64,000 nucleotides of DNA from an uncultured Desulfobacter sp. Its GTDB lineage: Bacteria > Desulfobacterota > Desulfobacteria > Desulfobacterales > Desulfobacteraceae. The first letter of the stretch is position 1. Every line of letters starts with the position of its first letter. Below, piece after piece: positions 40,349-53,367 of this stretch. Position numbers and translations under genes: made by a program. The DNA lies in NCBI GenBank assembly GCA_963665095.1, contig OY762069.1:960001-1024000 (forward strand), given 5' to 3'. Under the pieces are notes generated by a model. That model did not search any database, had not been told where the DNA came from, and saw only the letters and a list, made by a program, of their open reading frames with translations.

Positions 40349-40378
40349 ATAAATTGATCGTACGTATGTACAATTTAT
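40349..40378. promoter_or_regulatory. candidate TetR operator
   Basis: Palindrome ATAAATTG-atcg-TACGTA-tgta-CAATTTAT just upstream of the TetR start codon. Confidence 0.65.
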
Positions 40379-40586
40379 ATTTTTAATAGACGGTGCTGTC
40401 AACTGCTTTTAAAAATCAAATAAAAAATCGGTTACTGAGTTTATAATACTTGCCACCAAACCTTCACGTTCTAAATGGGGGTATAACAGCTAAAATTTAT
40501 TTAGATGGTAATGGAATTTATTTGGTTGGTAATGGGAGAAGGTCTAGGTTGAGCGTTGTTTGTATCAAAATTGTATTTATACAAAT

Positions 40587-40621
40587 AAAAAAGGCTTTCA
40601 AGTCGAAACCTGAAAACCCTT
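40587..40621 (-). terminator. rho-independent terminator after tRNA-Arg
   Basis: Minus-strand stem AAGGGTTTTCAGG / CTTGAAAGCCTT followed by a T tract. Confidence 0.65.
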
Positions 40622-40629
40622 GTTTTTTG

Positions 40630-40706
40630 TGGCGCGCCCGGAGCGATTCGAACGCCCGACCCCTTGATTCGTAGTCAAGTACTCTATCCAGCTGAGCTAC
40701 GGGCGC
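40630..40706 (-). tRNA. tRNA-Arg(ACG)
   Basis: Acceptor GCGCCCG/CGGGCGC + GCCA; anticodon arm CTTGA-CTACGAA-TCAAG; TTCGAAT T-loop; 77 nt. Confidence 0.97.
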
Positions 40707-40876
40707 CCAAAAAACCAGCCATATATATCAGCCTTCGAACAATAATACAAGCCATTTTCTTGTTCACCATAAAATAAAAATAAATGTGCAGGGCGGTTTG
40801 AGCCCATTATTTTTTTAAGCTAACGGCATATTATTTGACCTGACACTAAAAGGCCTATATATATGAATGCTGGAAT

Positions 40877-42617
<1,741 letters not shown>

Positions 42618-42663
42618 ATTGACTTTCACCTGATATTGGTATATTAAATAGCGTCTTCAGCGT

Positions 42664-42740
42664 CGGGATGTGGCTCAGCCTGGTAGAGCACCTCGTTCGG
42701 GACGAGGGGGTCGGAGGTTCAAATCCTCTCATCCCGACCA
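42664..42740 (+). tRNA. tRNA-Pro(CGG)
   Basis: Acceptor CGGGATG/CATCCCG + ACCA; anticodon arm CCTCG-TTCGGGA-CGAGG; 77 nt. Confidence 0.97.
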
Positions 42741-42749
42741 CTGAAAATT

Positions 42750-42781
42750 AACCGAAATCACTTTTGATTTCGGTTTTTTTT
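42750..42781 (+). terminator. rho-independent terminator
   Basis: AACCGAAATCA-cttt-TGATTTCGGTT followed by a T run. Confidence 0.85.
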
Positions 42782-42903
42782 GTGGCCGACATCGCTACAG
42801 TAAATAAAAACGGCCTGCAATGCATTTTATATTTGCATTACAGGCCGCAAGAAAGCAAATAGCCTGGCTCTTTATTGGTATCAGCCGAGCTGCTATTTTA
42901 AAG

Positions 42904-43602
42904 CTATTCTTCTTCTGCCGGCATCAGTGTGGCAGGATCCAGGATAAATTTCAGATTTGTCCTGTCACCGTCTTTCAGAACAATGGCTTCAATTTTGTTT
43001 TCTACCGGCACAAGGAATACAGCCTTATCAAACAAATCATTATGCTTTTCCAGTTGGACAGGGAAACCCTTTTCATTTAAAGGTTCTTCTCTGTGACTTT
43101 GCATGGAAAACCAGATAGTAACGCCGAAATCCTGCTGAAGCTGTTTTAAATTCTTTAACGTTTCGGAAAGATCGGTATCGAAATCAAGGCCGTCAATGAT
43201 CATAATCGTAGGAAGCGTAAGATCCGCACCTTTAAAGCTTTTCAGGTAATCCCTGATTTTATCAACATTGAAGGTCGCCTCATTATATGCAATGCCGGTT
43301 TTGTGGTGTCTGATTTCCTCCCAGAGCCGTTCGGCAATCTGGGCATCCACGTATCCGATGCAGTCGATAAGGGTGGTATACCCTTCATCATAACGGATAT
43401 TAATCTTCTCCATGGTATCGCATATACTGACATGAAGTACTTTTTCATCACAGAGCAGACGTGTTAGGGCAATCTGAACCAGAAATCCGGTTTTTCCAAC
43501 ACCAGCCCGGGAAAGTACGGCACCAAACTGGCCGTCTGTGATATTCTGGGCACCAATAGTTTTTTCTGCCGGACTTCTTAGAATGAGGTCATTTTTAAGC
43601 AT
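42904..43602 (-). CDS. RecA/KaiC-like P-loop protein
   Basis: Walker A-like RAGVGKT, Walker B-like MIIDG. Confidence 0.7.
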   Translation of the reverse strand: MLKNDLILRSPAEKTIGAQNITDGQFGAVLSRAGVGKTGFLVQIALTRLLCDEKVLHVSICDTMEKINIRYDEGYTTLIDCIGYVDAQIAERLWEEIRHHKTGIAYNEATFNVDKIRDYLKSFKGADLTLPTIMIIDGLDFDTDLSETLKNLKQLQQDFGVTIWFSMQSHREEPLNEKGFPVQLEKHNDLFDKAVFLVPVENKIEAIVLKDGDRTNLKFILDPATLMPAEEE

Positions 43603-43628
43603 ATTTCCTCTCTTATATCAAAAAGATC

Positions 43629-45716
43629 TTATTTATTTTTAGCTGCTTTTTCTTCGGCTTTTTTCTTGGCAATCTCATCTGACACAGACTGAGGTGCCTG
43701 TTTATAGGAAGAAAATTCCATTGTGAACTGGGCTTTGCCCTGGGTCGCAGATCTTAAAACAGTTGAAAAGCCGAACATATCAGACAAAGGTACCTGGGAT
43801 TCAATGACTGACATGGTGCCTTCCTCCTGGGACCCCTGAATAATACCGCGCCGCTGGTTTATCAGGCCCATGCAGGCACCTTGAAACTCGTTGGGGGTCT
43901 CAATAACCACCTTCATGATAGGTTCCATGATTACGGGTCTGGCTTTATGATAAGCTTCAAGGAATCCGCCTCTGGCCGCTGCCTGAAATGCCATTTCAGA
44001 TGAGTCAACCGCATGATATGCACCGTCTTCAAGTGTCACCTTAATGCCGGTAACAGGAAATTCAAGACTGGGACCCTTTGCAAGGCAGTCTGCAAATCCT
44101 TTTTCACAGGCCGGGATATACTGGGTGGGGATTCTCCCGCCAGTAACTTTGTTTACAAATTCAAACTCTTCCTCAGTGGGCTCCATAAAACCGGAAACAC
44201 GGCCGAACTGACCTGCACCACCGGTCTGTTTTTTATGGGTATAGTTGAACGGCGCTTTCTGGGTAATGGTTTCCCTGTAGGCAACCCGGGGCTGTCCAGT
44301 AATAACTTCTGCCTTGTACTCACGCTTCATACGCTCCACATATACTTCCAGATGAAGCTCACCCATCCCCTGGATAATAGTGTCGCCTGTTTCGTGGTCT
44401 ACGTATGTTTTGAACGTTGGATCCTCTTTGGTAAATCGATTCAACGCCTTGGACATATTAATCTGGGCTTTGTTGTCTTTGGGTGTGATGGACAGGGAGA
44501 TGACCGGTTCCATGACATGCATGGCCATCATGGAGTAGTTGATACCCGGAGATACAAAGGTGTCGCCGGAGGCACAGTCTATACCGAACATAGCACCGAT
44601 ATGGCCTGCCGGAACCGCTTCCACGTCCTCCATCTGGTTGGAGTGCATACGGATCAATCGACCGATCTTGACCTTTTTGCCATCCCTTGCGTTGATAAGC
44701 GTGTCACCTTTTTTAACACACCCCTGGTAAACGCGAATATAAGTTAACTGGCCATATTGCCCATCCTCCAGTTTAAAGGCCAGTGCGACTGACGGCTTGT
44801 CAAAGTCACTCTCCAGGACAATCGTTTCCTCGTTATTATCAAGATCAAGGGCCTCGTTTCTGATATCAAGCGGACAGGGAAGGTAATTGATAACAGCATT
44901 AAGCAGAGGCTGAACCCCCTTGTTTTTATAGGCAGAGCCCAGAAAAACAGGGGTCATTTCCCGGGCGATGGTACCTGTTCTCACCGCTGTCATAACCATC
45001 TCTTCAGTAATTTCTGCTTCTTCAAGGATGGCATCAGTAAGTTCTTCAGAAAAAAGCGACACGGCATCAATCATCTCTTCACGAGCGATTTCGGTATCCT
45101 CCTGCAACTCAGCAGGGATTTCAGCTTCAACCATCTTTTCCCCGTTGTCGCCTTCAAAATAAAAGGCCTTCATTTTTACCAGATCCACAAGCCCCTGGTG
45201 CTTGTCTTCCAATCCTATGGGAAGTTGCATCATAATGGAGTTATGGCCCAGTTTATCTTTGAGCTGTTTGCAGACTTTAAGCGGATTGGCACCGGAACGG
45301 TCGCATTTATTAACAAAAGCGATGCAGGGAACTTGATAGCGTTTCATCTGCTGGTCAACCGTAATGGACTGAGACTGAACCCCGGATACGGAGCACAGAA
45401 TAAGAACAACACCGTCCAGTACCCGCAGGGAACGCTCTACTTCCACAGTAAAATCCACATGGCCCGGAGTGTCAATAATATTAACATCATGACTGTCCCA
45501 TTCGCAATGTGTGGCGGCAGAGGCAATGGTGATGCCTCTTTCCTTCTCTAACTCCATGGAGTCCATAACCGCGCCAGTGCCGTCTTTGCCCCTGACTTCA
45601 TTTATTTTATGAATTCGGTTGGTGTAAAAAAGAATCCGTTCAGTAAGCGTGGTCTTACCGGAATCAATGTGGGCACTAATTCCAATATTTCTTACCCGTT
45701 TAAGATCTCTGATCAT
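43629..45716 (-). CDS. fusA: elongation factor G (spdEFG1 type)
   Basis: [37 protein letters not shown]. Confidence 0.97.
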   Translation of the reverse strand: MIRDLKRVRNIGISAHIDSGKTTLTERILFYTNRIHKINEVRGKDGTGAVMDSMELEKERGITIASAATHCEWDSHDVNIIDTPGHVDFTVEVERSLRVLDGVVLILCSVSGVQSQSITVDQQMKRYQVPCIAFVNKCDRSGANPLKVCKQLKDKLGHNSIMMQLPIGLEDKHQGLVDLVKMKAFYFEGDNGEKMVEAEIPAELQEDTEIAREEMIDAVSLFSEELTDAILEEAEITEEMVMTAVRTGTIAREMTPVFLGSAYKNKGVQPLLNAVINYLPCPLDIRNEALDLDNNEETIVLESDFDKPSVALAFKLEDGQYGQLTYIRVYQGCVKKGDTLINARDGKKVKIGRLIRMHSNQMEDVEAVPAGHIGAMFGIDCASGDTFVSPGINYSMMAMHVMEPVISLSITPKDNKAQINMSKALNRFTKEDPTFKTYVDHETGDTIIQGMGELHLEVYVERMKREYKAEVITGQPRVAYRETITQKAPFNYTHKKQTGGAGQFGRVSGFMEPTEEEFEFVNKVTGGRIPTQYIPACEKGFADCLAKGPSLEFPVTGIKVTLEDGAYHAVDSSEMAFQAAARGGFLEAYHKARPVIMEPIMKVVIETPNEFQGACMGLINQRRGIIQGSQEEGTMSVIESQVPLSDMFGFSTVLRSATQGKAQFTMEFSSYKQAPQSVSDEIAKKKAEEKAAKNK

Positions 45717-46088
45717 TTGATTATGTCCTTAAAAATAAAAATATCCTTTGAAACAATAAAAATCCGCGACCATTGCCAAAGGCACTGCCGATATGTTTCA
45801 TACTATGGGTTTGTTATGATTTAATTAATGGTTACCTGGAAAATAAAATGCCAAATAAAATAAAAATAATAAAATATACTATTTCTAGATAAAAATCAAT
45901 TAAAACTTTTATTTTTCCAATTGGTTAAGAAAAGATATTATATGGTCAATATATACTCTTCTTTAATGCGGTCACAAGGTTGCTGTTTACAAAACTATTT
46001 TCAAATTTTGATAAACAGGTTTTCGTTGAACTTAGAGGGGTTAAAATATAGGATTGTCTATCTTTAAAATTTTATTGAAGGAGGATAG

Positions 46089-47069
46089 TTGAACAGAACA
46101 GCTATAATGGTATTTATACTGATCCTGTGTGGACTGGTAATAAATGCCTCTGCCAATCAGGAAGTCTTCGACAAAGGAATTCATCTTCTAAGACAGGGGA
46201 AGTTTAATGCTGCTGTGGATGTTTTTTCCCAGGTAATCGATCAGGAACCGTCAAACCGGGATGCCTACCGGAACAGAGGGGTTGCATATATTAAACTGAA
46301 TAAATTTGATGCCGCTATCTCTGATTTTGAAGCTGCACTGAAAGCTGGAGCAGACCATAACGGCATTTATTCAAATCTTGGTGTGGCCTGGTATTACAAG
46401 CAGGATTATCCCAAAGCTATTTTATACTGCAATAAGGAAATTGAACTCAATCCCAATAATCATTATGCTTATTTTAACCGGGCACTTTGCTGGGCCGCAT
46501 CAGAAAAATTTGACAAAGCCTATTCGGATGTTCTTAAAAGCCTTGATTTGAAATCCAGTTATTATCCTGCCCTTTGCCTGAAAGCAGATCTGCTGGTTGA
46601 GACAGGGGAGGAGTCAGCGGCTATTGAGACATACAAAACAGCCTACCATCTTGCACCCGATCAGGATTACGCCGCTAAACGACTGGCTGACATGGGAGCC
46701 CCCCCAAAGACTGCCCAGCCCATGACCAATAAATCAACCCGGGAAGCACTTCCTCAAACGCTCCCGTCGTTAAATTCATCTGCTGTTCCCCCTCCTGAAA
46801 AAAAGACAGCCCCCCCCAATATAGCTGCCCAATATGCCCTGCAGGTGGGAGGATTTAAGATTAAAGAAAATGCAGAGCGCATGAAAATTAAATTATCCAA
46901 TAAGGGATTATCTCCCCGAATTCTTGAAATAGAAGACTCCGGCGGCAACCACTGGCACCTTGTTCGTATAGGGGCATATAAAACCCAAGCGCTTGCCCAA
47001 AAGGCGCTGGAGCAGACACGTGACCTGCTTGGAATTGACGTTGTGATAAGACCTTATGGCAAATTATAG
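46089..47069 (+). CDS. exported TPR + SPOR domain protein
   Basis: Signal peptide, several TPRs (AYRNRGVAY, YSNLGVAW, AYFNRA), C-terminal YALQVGGF..VRIGAY. Confidence 0.85.
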   Translation: MNRTAIMVFILILCGLVINASANQEVFDKGIHLLRQGKFNAAVDVFSQVIDQEPSNRDAYRNRGVAYIKLNKFDAAISDFEAALKAGADHNGIYSNLGVAWYYKQDYPKAILYCNKEIELNPNNHYAYFNRALCWAASEKFDKAYSDVLKSLDLKSSYYPALCLKADLLVETGEESAAIETYKTAYHLAPDQDYAAKRLADMGAPPKTAQPMTNKSTREALPQTLPSLNSSAVPPPEKKTAPPNIAAQYALQVGGFKIKENAERMKIKLSNKGLSPRILEIEDSGGNHWHLVRIGAYKTQALAQKALEQTRDLLGIDVVIRPYGKL

Positions 47070-47166
47070 ACAAGCAGGGCAGGATGTACAGATTTGCCAG
47101 TCAGTTAAATTAAACCCGGTTAAAAATATATCCTAATTTTAATAAACTAAACCGATTAAGAATGAC

Positions 47167-47835
47167 ATGAAAACGTTTTCAACCTGTCTTGAAAAAGGTG
47201 CCAAAATCTTAAACTTACCCTTGACACCGGCACAAATAATTTTAATGACCATCCATGCCCGGGAGCTTTTGCACTGGAATACAAAAATGAATTTGACTGC
47301 CATAACAAGTGCCAAAGATGTGGCAGAAAAACATTTTTTAGATACCCTGGCTGCAAGTCAATTTTTAATTCAGGCCGGCAGGATAATGGATATTGGGTCT
47401 GGTGGTGGATTTCCAGGCATTCCTTTGAAGATCACCTGCCCAAATCTTGATCTTACCATGGTGGACGCCGTAAGAAAAAAAGTCAGCTTTTTAAACCATG
47501 TTATAAGGACAGCAGACCTGTCAGGCATTACTGCCCTGCATGCCAGGATGGAACTGCTGGCCAAAGATCCACAACATTCTCACAGATATGATGCTGTCAC
47601 TGCCCGCGGGTTTGCCAACCTCGAAAAACTGGCAGACCTCGCGCTTCCGATGCTGACTCCAGGAGGCAGCATTTTTGCGCTGAAAGGCAGCCATGGTCCG
47701 GAGGAAGTTACGCCACTGCTTCATAAACGGTTTCACATCAGCAATACCCAGTACCACCTGCCTTTTGGAAATGATCAACGGTTTATTATTATTCTTAAGC
47801 CCAGGCAGGCCTTTTGTTCCAATACGACTGCCTGA
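47167..47835 (+). CDS. rsmG: 16S rRNA m7G527 methyltransferase
   Basis: WNTKMNLTAI, HFLD, DIGSGGGFPGIPL. Confidence 0.95.
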   Translation: MKTFSTCLEKGAKILNLPLTPAQIILMTIHARELLHWNTKMNLTAITSAKDVAEKHFLDTLAASQFLIQAGRIMDIGSGGGFPGIPLKITCPNLDLTMVDAVRKKVSFLNHVIRTADLSGITALHARMELLAKDPQHSHRYDAVTARGFANLEKLADLALPMLTPGGSIFALKGSHGPEEVTPLLHKRFHISNTQYHLPFGNDQRFIIILKPRQAFCSNTTA

Positions 47836-47981
47836 TTTTTATTGGTCAAAAAGGCTTCAGGCTGTGACCTTTGGAGATCAAAGGTCGCATAATTCTTGAC
47901 TTTTTTAGTGGCTGCCTTTACAAAGGAAAGTTCGACAATAAGATCTAACAAAATGCGACAGGCAAAAGGAATATAAGGATA

Positions 47982-50774
47982 ATGGATTATAAAAAAACAC
48001 TGAATCTGCCTTCCACCCAATTTGCAATGAAGGCCAACCTTCCCCAGCGCGAACCTGAAATGATCAAAGCCTGGGAGCAAAAAAAAATATATGAAAAACT
48101 TCGGGAACAGTCCAAAGATAAACCCCTTTTTATACTCCACGACGGCCCTCCTTATGCCAATGGCCATCTTCACATGGGCCATGCCATCAACAAAATTTTA
48201 AAGGATATTATTGTCCGTTCCCGTCAGATGTGCGGCTTTAATGCGCCTTATGTGCCGGGCTGGGACTGCCACGGACTGCCCATTGAACATAATGTGGACA
48301 AAAAACTGGGCAGCAAGAAAAAGGACATGACCCCGGTGCAGGTGCGCCGGGAGTGTCGTGCCTATGCGGCATCATTTGTGGATATTCAAAGAGAAGAGTT
48401 CAAGCGGTTTGGCGTTGCCGGCGAATGGGATGAGCCCTACCTTACCATGAATTATCCCTACGAGGCCCGTATTGCAAAAGAGTGCGGGGAATTTGCCCTG
48501 TCAGGGGATATGTTCCTGGGCAAAAAACCAATTTACTGGTGCTGTAACTGCCAGACCGCCCTGGCTGAGGCAGAAATTGAATACCATGACCACGCCTCAC
48601 CCTCCATTTTTGTTAAGTTTCCTGTGAAGGATAATGCCAAAGATCTTTTTGATGCCCAGGGCCAGCCCGTATCCATTGTTATCTGGACCACCACACCCTG
48701 GACCCTGCCGGCCAATTTAGGGATCTGCCTGCATCCAGATTTTATCTATGCGGCCGTGAAGACAGAATCCCAGGGAATCCTGATCATGGCAAAGGAACTC
48801 GTGGATAGTGTCATGGCTCAGTTTGGCATGGATAATTTTTCCATTGTGGCGGAACTGTCTGCCAAAGACCTTGAAAACCGCACCTGCAGCCATCCATTCT
48901 ATGACAGGGACTCTTTGATTATTCTTGGGGAGCATGTCACCTTGGAAGCGGGTACCGGCTGTGTCCATACCGCACCCGGCCATGGTGCAGACGACCATAT
49001 AGTGGGGAAACGCTATGACCTTGACTGCTACTCTCCGGTGGAAGACAACGGCACCTTTTCAAATGACGTCGAGATGTTTGCAGGCCAGTTTATTTTCAAG
49101 GCCAATGCTGAAATTATAAACACCCTGGAGGATCGTGGTGCCCTGCTTAAACAGGAGAACATGTCCCACTCCTATCCCCACTGCTGGCGGTGTAAAAAGC
49201 CGGTAATTTTTCGGGCAACACCCCAGTGGTTCATCTCCATGGATGACCTGAACCTGCGCGGAAAGGCCCTTGAGGAGATAAACAATGTTCAGTGGATTCC
49301 TTCCTGGGGCAGGGAGCGTATCTATTCCATGATTGAGCATCGCCCGGACTGGTGTCTCTCCCGTCAGCGCTCCTGGGGGGTTCCCATTCCGGTGTTCCAC
49401 TGCAAGGCATGCAAAAAAATATATGTTACCCGTGAATCTGTGGACCGGATTCATCAGCTCTTCACGGAACACTCCTCAGATATCTGGTTTGAAAAAGAGG
49501 CTGGGTTTCTCATGCCTGAGGGCGCGGTTTGTCAATGCGGCTCAAAGGAATTTACCAAGGATCACAACATCCTGGATGTCTGGTTCGATTCCGGGGTCAG
49601 CCATGCAGCCGTGCTTGAAGAAAGGCAGGGGCTGCAGCGGCCGGCAGATATGTACCTCGAAGGCTCTGACCAGCACAGGGGGTGGTTTCACTCCTCACTG
49701 CTGACAGCTGTGGGCAGAACCGGCCATGCCCCGTATAAGGCAGTATTAACCCACGGCTTTGTGGTAGATGAAAAGGGACACAAGATGTCCAAATCTGTGG
49801 GCAATGTTGTGGCACCGGACAAGGTGATCAAACAATACGGTGCGGACGTACTTCGTCTGTGGGCGGCCTCAGCAGATTACCGTGGGGATGTCAGCATTTC
49901 AGATAACATCATCAAACAGCTTTCCGATGCCTACCGCCGAATCAGAAACACATGCCGGTTTTTGCTTGGCAATCTCACCGGGTTTGATGCAACCCAAATT
50001 CGTCCTGTTGACCAAATGGAAGAACTGGACCGGTTTATTCTTCATCGGCTTCATTATGTGGTGAAACGGTGCAGGGCAGCCTATGACGCTTATGAATTCC
50101 ATGTAATTTACCACACGCTTCACAATTTCTGTGTGGTGGATCTCTCCTCCTTTTACCTGGATATCGTCAAAGACCGGCTTTATACCTGTCCTGAAGATTC
50201 AGATGGTCGCAAAGATGCCCAGACCACCATGTATATGATTCTGGATGCCCTTGTCAGGATTATGGCCCCGATTCTTCCCTTTACTGCGGAAGAGGTATAT
50301 ACCCATATGCCTCTGGGGGACAGCCGCTGTGAAAGTATCCACATGGAGGACATGATCAGCCTTGATGATTCTTTGGAAGACAATGCGCTTGCGGGCAAGT
50401 GGGAAAATATCCGAGCCCTTCGTGCTGAAGTAACCAAAGCACTGGAAGAGGCAAGGGGAACTAAGCTTATCGGACATCCTCTGGATGCGTCAGTTGAAAT
50501 TAAACTGCCCAAGGGCGACCTTGCCGATGAGATCGCGTCATTAAATGTCAGCCTTAATGATATCTTTATCGTATCACACGCCACCGTGGTAGATACAATT
50601 GAAGGAGAGGCTTACCAGGGCAAGGAGATTGAAGGTCTGGTCATAAAGGTGACAAAAGCCAAGGGCGAAAAATGTGAGAGGTGCTGGCGGTTTGATGAAA
50701 ATTTAGGCACTGATTCTGAATATCCCGGAGCCTGCCCGCGTTGTACCGAGGCGCTTAAAACCATCCAGAGCTGA
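47982..50774 (+). CDS. ileS: isoleucyl-tRNA synthetase (type 1)
   Basis: [27 protein letters not shown]-terminal CERCW..CPRC. Confidence 0.98.
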   Translation: MDYKKTLNLPSTQFAMKANLPQREPEMIKAWEQKKIYEKLREQSKDKPLFILHDGPPYANGHLHMGHAINKILKDIIVRSRQMCGFNAPYVPGWDCHGLPIEHNVDKKLGSKKKDMTPVQVRRECRAYAASFVDIQREEFKRFGVAGEWDEPYLTMNYPYEARIAKECGEFALSGDMFLGKKPIYWCCNCQTALAEAEIEYHDHASPSIFVKFPVKDNAKDLFDAQGQPVSIVIWTTTPWTLPANLGICLHPDFIYAAVKTESQGILIMAKELVDSVMAQFGMDNFSIVAELSAKDLENRTCSHPFYDRDSLIILGEHVTLEAGTGCVHTAPGHGADDHIVGKRYDLDCYSPVEDNGTFSNDVEMFAGQFIFKANAEIINTLEDRGALLKQENMSHSYPHCWRCKKPVIFRATPQWFISMDDLNLRGKALEEINNVQWIPSWGRERIYSMIEHRPDWCLSRQRSWGVPIPVFHCKACKKIYVTRESVDRIHQLFTEHSSDIWFEKEAGFLMPEGAVCQCGSKEFTKDHNILDVWFDSGVSHAAVLEERQGLQRPADMYLEGSDQHRGWFHSSLLTAVGRTGHAPYKAVLTHGFVVDEKGHKMSKSVGNVVAPDKVIKQYGADVLRLWAASADYRGDVSISDNIIKQLSDAYRRIRNTCRFLLGNLTGFDATQIRPVDQMEELDRFILHRLHYVVKRCRAAYDAYEFHVIYHTLHNFCVVDLSSFYLDIVKDRLYTCPEDSDGRKDAQTTMYMILDALVRIMAPILPFTAEEVYTHMPLGDSRCESIHMEDMISLDDSLEDNALAGKWENIRALRAEVTKALEEARGTKLIGHPLDASVEIKLPKGDLADEIASLNVSLNDIFIVSHATVVDTIEGEAYQGKEIEGLVIKVTKAKGEKCERCWRFDENLGTDSEYPGACPRCTEALKTIQS

Positions 50775-51268
50775 TGCAAAAGTTTTCAGCATCCATACTT
50801 CGGCTGGTTCTGGTCAGTACAGGTGTGCTGGCCTTGGACCAGTTGACCAAGTGGCTGATCACCATACATGTGCCGCTTTATTCTCAGATTGCTGTTATTG
50901 ATAATTTTTTTAATATCAATCATGTATTAAACCCGGGCGGGGCGTTTGGTTTTTTTGCCGATCAGTCCCCCGGGATCAGAAAATTTGTTTTTCTGTTCCT
51001 GTCCTCTGCTGTGGCACTGTTCGTTTTCTGGCTGTACCGAAAAACAGCTCAGACCCATCGGTTTTTGTCCTATGGCCTGGCGCTTATCTTTGCCGGAGCT
51101 TTGGGCAATTTGATTGACCGGTTCCGTTTCGGCATGGTGGTTGATTTTCTGGATTTTTATGTGGGCGCCTATCACTGGCCGGCATTTAATGTGGCAGATT
51201 CCGCCATTACCGTGGGCATGGGGATACTTATCTACCATGTGGTATTGAATAAGCTGCCTGAGTTATAG
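50774..51268 (+). CDS. lspA: lipoprotein signal peptidase
   Basis: DQLTK, NPGGAFG, GNLIDR, VVDF, FNVADS. Confidence 0.96.
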   Translation: MQKFSASILRLVLVSTGVLALDQLTKWLITIHVPLYSQIAVIDNFFNINHVLNPGGAFGFFADQSPGIRKFVFLFLSSAVALFVFWLYRKTAQTHRFLSYGLALIFAGALGNLIDRFRFGMVVDFLDFYVGAYHWPAFNVADSAITVGMGILIYHVVLNKLPEL

Positions 51269-51282
51269 TAAGGATTGTTATT

Positions 51283-52053
51283 ATGCACCCGATTCTTTTT
51301 CAGGCCGGCAGTCTGAAACTTTATACATACGGACTTTTTGTTGCCCTAGGCTTTATCACTGCCATCTGGTTTACAAAGCGCAATGCTAAAGCTTACGCGA
51401 TTTCAGACGAGATGGTGTCTGATCTTTTTTTTACGGTGCTTATTTCAGCCCTGGTTGGGGCCAGGGTACTTTATATACTCATTAATCTGGATGCCTACAC
51501 AAACAACTTTCTGGATATCTTTAAAATCTGGAATGGCGGCCTTGTCTTTTTCGGCGGTTTTTTAGGCGCCACCTTGGCTGCCATCATATTTTTGCGCATA
51601 AAAAGAATGCCCATCTGGAAAACAGCGGATATGATTGCCCCGGGCCTGGCACTGGGACATTCAGTAGGACGGATCGGCTGTTTTTTCGCCGGCTGCTGTT
51701 ACGGGAAAGCCTGCAGTCTGCCCATTGCCATCACATTCACCAATCCTGACAGCCTTGCGCCTTTACATGTAGCACTGCATCCCACCCAGATCTATATGAT
51801 AACCTCTAATTTTATCCTCTTTCTGATTCTTATGGCCATTCAGCGGCGCAAGCGTTTCAACGGTATGGTTTTTTTAAGTTATGTCATGCTGTATTCGTTG
51901 TTCCGCTCGTTCATAGAGTTTTTCCGCGGCGATTTCAGAGGTAATTTCTTTTTTGATTTTCTCTCGCTGTCCCAGGGTATTGGGCTGACCGTCTCCTGTG
52001 TTGCCCTTGCATTTATGATTATCAAGGTCAGATCGTCCCATGGCAGCCGGTAA
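51283..52053 (+). CDS. lgt: prolipoprotein diacylglyceryl transferase
   Basis: YTYG, GAR, GGLVFFGG, GRIGCFFAGCCYG, HPTQIY, RSFIEFFR. Confidence 0.95.
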   Translation: MHPILFQAGSLKLYTYGLFVALGFITAIWFTKRNAKAYAISDEMVSDLFFTVLISALVGARVLYILINLDAYTNNFLDIFKIWNGGLVFFGGFLGATLAAIIFLRIKRMPIWKTADMIAPGLALGHSVGRIGCFFAGCCYGKACSLPIAITFTNPDSLAPLHVALHPTQIYMITSNFILFLILMAIQRRKRFNGMVFLSYVMLYSLFRSFIEFFRGDFRGNFFFDFLSLSQGIGLTVSCVALAFMIIKVRSSHGSR

Positions 52054-53314
52054 GGGGGCTGTTAAATACAAGGCCCTGTCCCAGGCCCTTGATACACAAA
52101 CACAGGGGAACAGTATCAAGGTTTTTCTGGTCTGCGGAGAAGCTTTTTTGGTGCGGCAGGCCTTTGATACAGTGGTGAATACCCTGCTTACAACAGATGA
52201 AAAACAGTTTGCCCTTGAGGTGGTGGATGGAAAAACCACTCCTGTGGGGGAAATCGTTGAACAGGCCGGTACATTTTCCTTTCTATGCCCCAAAAAAGTG
52301 ATTGCGTTGAAAAATGCGCCGCTATTTTCAGTCAAAACCCAGGCCGGTGAAATCAGTTATACCCCAAAGGATATGGATATTTTATCCGCACTGGTTGAAA
52401 AGGGACTGCCGGACAATCATGTCCTTATCATTACGACAGATCCCCCTGACCGCAGAAAAAAATTATACAAGCTCATTTTAGAGCATGGAATGGTGGTGGA
52501 CTGCACCGTTGCAACCGGGTCCAGAAAGGCGGATATCGAAGAGCAGCAGACGGTTCTCAGGGATATTGCCTCTCAAACCTTATCAAAGACAGGTAAAAGA
52601 CTGGACCCTGATGGATTTGCCGCCCTTGTGGACCAGACCGGGTTCAATCCGGAAGTATTTGCAAATGCAATTGAAAAGCTCGTTGCCTATGTCGGCGCCA
52701 GTCCCCGGATTTCGACTAAAGACATCAGGGCTGTGGTGCATAAAGACAAAAAAGATCCCATATTCACCCTGACCAACGCCGTGATGGACAAGGATGCGGC
52801 AACGGCAATAACGCTTTTGTCGGGCTTGTTTGAAAACGGATTTCATCCCCTTCAGATTTTAAAAACCCTGGAAAATCAGCTTAGAAAACTTCTTGCCGTT
52901 AAATGCTTTACTGCCGGCCTCAACAACAATAGGGCAGGGCAGCCATCGTTAAAAAACATGCCATTCAATGCATTTAAGCAGATGCTGTTACCGGCAGTTG
53001 TTGACCGGGACAAAAAAATATTGGAACTGGATCAGGAAAATCAGCACCTTTTTTCAGGAAACCAGGATGAAAAAACGTCTAAAAAAAGCAGTCAGAAACC
53101 GGCAAATGACCTTTTACTGGCTCCTAATCCTAATAATGCCTATCCGATATTTCAGACCTTTTTAAAATCTGAAAATTTTACCCTGAAGGAACTGACCTCA
53201 GCCCTGGAAAGACTTGCAGATTTTGATTTTAATATTAAGTCATCCGGAGCGGATGCTGTGACCGGGCTTGAAAATTTTATTCTAAGGCTGTGCCGGCAGG
53301 ACCGGCGTTCCTGA
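52040..53314 (+). CDS. holA: DNA polymerase III delta subunit
   Basis: LVCGEAFL, DRRKKLYK, IEKL, IFTLTNAV, DFNIKSS. Confidence 0.85.
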   Translation: MAAGKGAVKYKALSQALDTQTQGNSIKVFLVCGEAFLVRQAFDTVVNTLLTTDEKQFALEVVDGKTTPVGEIVEQAGTFSFLCPKKVIALKNAPLFSVKTQAGEISYTPKDMDILSALVEKGLPDNHVLIITTDPPDRRKKLYKLILEHGMVVDCTVATGSRKADIEEQQTVLRDIASQTLSKTGKRLDPDGFAALVDQTGFNPEVFANAIEKLVAYVGASPRISTKDIRAVVHKDKKDPIFTLTNAVMDKDAATAITLLSGLFENGFHPLQILKTLENQLRKLLAVKCFTAGLNNNRAGQPSLKNMPFNAFKQMLLPAVVDRDKKILELDQENQHLFSGNQDEKTSKKSSQKPANDLLLAPNPNNAYPIFQTFLKSENFTLKELTSALERLADFDFNIKSSGADAVTGLENFILRLCRQDRRS

Positions 53315-53367
53315 AAAAGGACTCCGGCCTGCCGCTAATTTTTACACATTACTTATGATACCTGTCC

